A stretch of DNA of 12,402 bases, taken from assembly GCA_044222475.1 (NCBI GenBank), contig JBGANF010000190.1, positions 1 through 12,402 on the forward strand, written 5' to 3'. The notes below the pieces were generated by a model, which had not been told where the DNA came from, ran no database searches, and was given only the letters and a program-made list of their open reading frames with translations. This stretch comes from Polyangiaceae bacterium (GTDB lineage: Bacteria; Myxococcota_A; Polyangia; Polyangiales; Polyangiaceae). The position numbers and the translations under genes were made by a program. Below are positions 8,835-12,402 of this stretch, piece by piece; position 1 is the stretch's first letter, and each line of letters opens with the position of its first letter.

Positions 8835-9734
8835 TCAGCCGCCGTGGGCTTTCGCGACCGATTTCACCCACGAAAAGACCGCATCGCGGCCCGGCCCGAT
8901 CGTCGCGTGCCCGCCGAACGCGAACGTCGGGCAGCCGATGGTCTTCGGCGCGAACGTCTTCTCTTCGACGACCGCGTTCGTCTTGCGATCGAGGATCTTC
9001 ACGGTCTGCGTCTCGATCTCGAGCGGGTAGACGGAGCCCGTGTTGAACGAGCACGTCTTGCCTTCCATCTTCTCGACCTTCGACGTCGCCGACGCGATCC
9101 AGTCGGCGTCGGCGAGCTTCGTCCCCGGGCCGAGGACCGCGGAGCTCTGCGTCGGGTGCACGTAGTAGGCGGTGTGAGGACCCTTGTGCTCGCCCTCGCC
9201 GTCGAACGTGAGCGCCGTCGTCTGCGCGTACCCCATGACTTTGTCGGCGAGGCTCTTCAAGACCTTCTGCTTGGGCAGCGGCACCACCATCTCGACGCCG
9301 TTGTCGAAGCGAAACGTGATCGACGAGCTCGGCTCGAACATCGGATCCGGCGCACCGAGCCCCGCGAGAGGACCCGCGTCGGGTTTCTCCTCGGCGATCG
9401 GGATGCCGCCGTAGATTGCGTACGGCCGCTTGATCGTCGTGACGCCGTTCGCCTCGATCCACGCGTCGTCCTTGCCGAGGACCAGCTTCGTCTTCGCCGG
9501 CCAACTGCCCACGGTCGCGCACGTCAGGTCACCGTCGACGGTGTAATGCACGTCGCACTTCCACTCGGGGTGACCATCGACGACGAGCTTGTCCTTGTCG
9601 AAGTGGGCAGCGGGCGCGGTCGTCGGAAGCGGCGCAGCCACCGTCGCCGCGGTCGTGCGCGTCGGCGGGGGAGGGGAGCGCTTGCACGCAGAAATTGCAG
9701 CGACGAGGGCCAACGCCACGAAACGGCTTCGCAT
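8835..9734 (-). CDS. Lipoprotein of unknown function, about 299 aa
   Basis: MRSRFVALALVAAISA-C lipobox, Pro/Thr linker and four further Cys. Start ATG 9734 preferred (TAGGAT 7 nt upstream); 9743 is the alternative. Confidence 0.85.
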   Translation of the reverse strand: MRSRFVALALVAAISACKRSPPPPTRTTAATVAAPLPTTAPAAHFDKDKLVVDGHPEWKCDVHYTVDGDLTCATVGSWPAKTKLVLGKDDAWIEANGVTTIKRPYAIYGGIPIAEEKPDAGPLAGLGAPDPMFEPSSSITFRFDNGVEMVVPLPKQKVLKSLADKVMGYAQTTALTFDGEGEHKGPHTAYYVHPTQSSAVLGPGTKLADADWIASATSKVEKMEGKTCSFNTGSVYPLEIETQTVKILDRKTNAVVEEKTFAPKTIGCPTFAFGGHATIGPGRDAVFSWVKSVAKAHGG

Positions 9735-9791
9735 GAAACGCATCCTACGCCGTCCTCGTCGAGGAGCTTCCCGCGGGGTAAAGTGCCCGCC

Positions 9792-11456
9792 ATGGCGTTC
9801 ATCCAGACCCCGCCCGCGCTCCAGAACCCGTACCTGGCCGACGTGATGCTGCGCTCGTACCTCGAGCGCGTCGTCCCGAAGGATGCGCTCACAGACATCG
9901 CGCCGACGCTCGAGGAGATCGGCGAGATCGCGGTGACGGAGCTCTACCCGCGCTCCGTCGCCGAGCGCCTCGACGAGCCGGTGCTCACGCAGTGGGATCC
10001 GTGGGGGAACCGCATCGATCAGATCGAGGTCTCGTCGCTATGGAAGCGCGCCGCGATCGTCACCGCCGAGAAGGGCATCGTCGGGACCGCGTACGAGCGC
10101 AAGCACGGCGCGTTCTCGCGCATCCATCAGTTCGCGCTCCTCTACGTCGTCGATCCGTCGTGGCACGTCTACTCGTGCCCGCTCGCCATGACCGACGGCG
10201 CGGCGCGCACGCTGCTGGCGACCGGAAACCAAACGCTCATCGAGCGCGCGCTCCCGCGGCTCACGTCGCGCGATCCGAAGCGCGCGTGGACCAGCGGCCA
10301 GTGGATGACCGAGAAGACCGGCGGCTCCGACGTCGCCATCTCGGAGACGATCGCCAAGGACGCGGGCAACGGCCAGTACCGCCTCCACGGCACGAAGTGG
10401 TTCACGTCGGCGACCACGTCCGAGATGGCGCTCACCCTCGCCCGGCCCGAGGGGAACCCGCCGGGAGGGAGCGGGCTCGCCCTCTTCTACGTCGAGACGC
10501 GCGACGCCGCCGGCAAGCTCAACGGCATCCAACTGAATCGACTCAAGGACAAGCTCGGTACCAGAATGGTACCGACCGCCGAGCTCACGCTCGACGGCGC
10601 GCTCGCCACCGCCGTCATCGGCACGAAAGACGGCATCAAGCAGATCACCCCGATGCTCGCGACGACCCGCACGTGGAACGCGGTGTGCGCCGCCAGCGGG
10701 ATGCGACGCGGGCTCGCGCTCGCGCACGACTATGCCAAGAAGCGCGTGGCGTTCGGAGCGCCGCTGTCCCAGAAGCCGCTCCACGTCGACACGCTCGCCT
10801 TCGTCGAGGCCGAGGCGCGGGCGGCGTTCCTGCTCTCGTTCCGGGCCGTGGAGCTGATGGGCAAGGAAGAGGCGAAGACCATGACCGACGCCGAGCGCGA
10901 GCTGTTCCGCCTTGTCGTGCCGCTGGCGAAGCTCGTCACCGGCAAGCAGGGCGTCGCGGTCGCGAGCGAAGTGCTCGAGGCGTTCGGTGGCGCCGGCTAC
11001 GTCGAAGACACCGGTCTACCGCGCTTGATGCGCGACGCGCAGGTGCTCCCGATCTGGGAGGGCACGACGAACGTGCTTTCGCTCGACATCCTGCGGGTGC
11101 TCTCGCGTGGCGGGTCGCTCGATCCGCTCGAGCGCGAGGTCGCGCGATGCGTGCAGAATGCACCGGCTTCGCTGAAGCCCGCCGCCGAGATCGCGACGCG
11201 AGCGATCGCGCACGCGAAGGCGTGGATCATGGAGACGATGGCCGGCGGACCGGCCGCCGTCGAGCAGGGGGCGCGTCGCTTCGCGATGACCCTGGGGCGC
11301 GCGGTCGAGCTCGCGCTGCTCGTCGAGCACGCGACCTGGGCCGAAGGACGCGGCGACAAGAGCCACTCGGCCGCGGCGCGGGTGTTCGCGCGCACCGCCA
11401 TCGATCAGATCGTCGACGGCTTCGCCGCGGACGACGCGAAGGCGCTCACTGCGTGA
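9792..11456 (+). CDS. Acyl-CoA dehydrogenase family protein, AidB-like clade, 554 aa
   Basis: CPLAMTDGAA, GQWMTEKTGGSDV, LHGTKWFTS, LKDKLGT, RVAFG, FGGAGYVED and IWEGTTNV motifs; true start MAFIQTPP at ATG 9792. Confidence 0.93.
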   Translation: MAFIQTPPALQNPYLADVMLRSYLERVVPKDALTDIAPTLEEIGEIAVTELYPRSVAERLDEPVLTQWDPWGNRIDQIEVSSLWKRAAIVTAEKGIVGTAYERKHGAFSRIHQFALLYVVDPSWHVYSCPLAMTDGAARTLLATGNQTLIERALPRLTSRDPKRAWTSGQWMTEKTGGSDVAISETIAKDAGNGQYRLHGTKWFTSATTSEMALTLARPEGNPPGGSGLALFYVETRDAAGKLNGIQLNRLKDKLGTRMVPTAELTLDGALATAVIGTKDGIKQITPMLATTRTWNAVCAASGMRRGLALAHDYAKKRVAFGAPLSQKPLHVDTLAFVEAEARAAFLLSFRAVELMGKEEAKTMTDAERELFRLVVPLAKLVTGKQGVAVASEVLEAFGGAGYVEDTGLPRLMRDAQVLPIWEGTTNVLSLDILRVLSRGGSLDPLEREVARCVQNAPASLKPAAEIATRAIAHAKAWIMETMAGGPAAVEQGARRFAMTLGRAVELALLVEHATWAEGRGDKSHSAAARVFARTAIDQIVDGFAADDAKALTA

Positions 11457-12240
11457 CGAGGACGATGTTGTCGAAGTAGACGTCCAGTTGTGGCATCGGC
11501 CCGAAGGTCGTGAGACCGGCGTAGACCTTGGTGGACGCGGGCAGCTGTCCGCCGATGCCGTTCTGGCTGTAGGGCACGTTGTCGACGGTGGCCTTCGCGT
11601 CGTACGTCGAGCCGGTGCGCGTCATCTCGACCTTCACGTGGTGCCACTGCTTCGCCGCGAACGGGATCGTCAGGTTGGCGACGAGGTTGCCGATGACGGC
11701 GAACGACGCCACTTGCTGGGTGGGCCGGATCACGATCGCCGCCGCGGTGTTGTTGCCGAAGTCGAGCTGGAGGACGTTCGGGTTGTTCTGCGCGCCGCCG
11801 TCGAACGGGGCGACGATGCTGTCGAGATAGATGTCGGCCTCGAGGACGTACTTCGTCGGGGTGATCGCCTTCGCGAACTCGAGCCGCGCGCCCGAGGTGA
11901 CGCCGCCGATCGTGGGCGTGGACGCGTGGAAGGAGCGGGGCGCCGACACGGACAGCTGGGTTGCGACGACCGTGGTGCCACCCAGGGAGTTGTTCGGCGT
12001 CCATTGGCTGAGAGGCGGGTCGGTGTCGAAATCGTCGCAGAAGGTCGCCGTCGGTGCGTTGAGCTGGCACCACGTCTTCGGTCCGCCGTCGTTCGGCGCG
12101 TCGGGACCGCCGGTGTCGTTCGTGCCGGTGTCGTTCGTGCTCGTGTCGGGCACGCCGGTGTCGGGCGTCGGCGTGACGGGCGTGTCACCGACACAGCTGA
12201 GGACGAGAGCGGAAAGCGAAGGGAGGATGAGGCGCCTCAT
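11446..12240 (-). CDS. Lipoprotein, 264 aa, WC..FCDDFD-type beta-rich domain; homolog of 2398-3216
   Basis: Lipobox VLS-C, CVGDTPVT, DTG-repeat linker, WC..FCDDFD..SAPRS..WHHVKVE..YFDNIV. The WHHV and D-N/D-I ending is typical of ConA/LamG-like sandwiches (inference). Confidence 0.9.
   Translation of the reverse strand: MRRLILPSLSALVLSCVGDTPVTPTPDTGVPDTSTNDTGTNDTGGPDAPNDGGPKTWCQLNAPTATFCDDFDTDPPLSQWTPNNSLGGTTVVATQLSVSAPRSFHASTPTIGGVTSGARLEFAKAITPTKYVLEADIYLDSIVAPFDGGAQNNPNVLQLDFGNNTAAAIVIRPTQQVASFAVIGNLVANLTIPFAAKQWHHVKVEMTRTGSTYDAKATVDNVPYSQNGIGGQLPASTKVYAGLTTFGPMPQLDVYFDNIVLVTQ
12109..12138 (-). repeat. 15-bp tandem duplication in the linker (TNDTG x2)
   Basis: GCCGGTGTCGTTCGT x2 on the + strand. 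Confidence 0.8.
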
Positions 12241-12262
12241 GCGCTCATCCTATCCCGAAACG

Positions 12263-12402
12263 TCAGGGACCGCTGCCGCTCCTCGCGTGCTCGAGCTGAT
12301 CCATCACCCCCGGCACGAGCTCCAAAACGCCGAACACCAGACCGAGCGACGCGCACACGATGCCCGCGATCGCGAGCCCGTTGCCCTTGAACTGATCCGG
12401 CG
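12263..12402 (-). CDS. 3' end of a membrane protein, DUF4190-like (partial; not in the ORF track)
   Basis: Minus frame reads PDQFKGNGLAIAGIVCASLGLVFGVLELVPGVMDQLEHARSGSGP-stop; G-x-GLAIAGIV plus a hydrophobic helix resembles the DUF4190 C-terminus. Confidence 0.7.
   Translation of the reverse strand, partial: PDQFKGNGLAIAGIVCASLGLVFGVLELVPGVMDQLEHARSGSGP

Noticed and set aside
8304..9791. Apparent 496-aa N-terminal extension making a 1050-aa acyl-CoA dehydrogenase fusion
   Set aside because: The extension is antisense to two real lipoprotein genes; family similarity and a -10-like box point to ATG 9792.

Overview
High-GC bacterial DNA; gene style (many lipoproteins with Asp/Thr-rich linkers, hybrid kinase) suggests Myxococcota, possibly Polyangiales (inference). 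The left end holds a groES-groEL operon (- strand) with a sigma70-like promoter, a clear CIRCE (HrcA operator) and a strong terminator hairpin, plus nested inverted repeats at 16-169. Then come a lipoprotein gene (-), a translationally coupled pair of uncharacterised 205-aa genes (+), four more lipoprotein genes around a soluble hybrid histidine kinase with an unusual N-terminal sensor, an AidB-like acyl-CoA dehydrogenase (+), a sixth lipoprotein, and the 3' end of a DUF4190-like gene. The most interesting signal is three further CIRCE-like sites. Two lie upstream of the uncharacterised gene pair, suggesting an undescribed HrcA-controlled module linked to the chaperonin; its second gene looks like a degenerate gluzincin. 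Also notable are -10-like boxes directly before several start codons (leaderless transcripts) and a shared CVGD(T/S)P lipoprotein N-terminus on unrelated domains.
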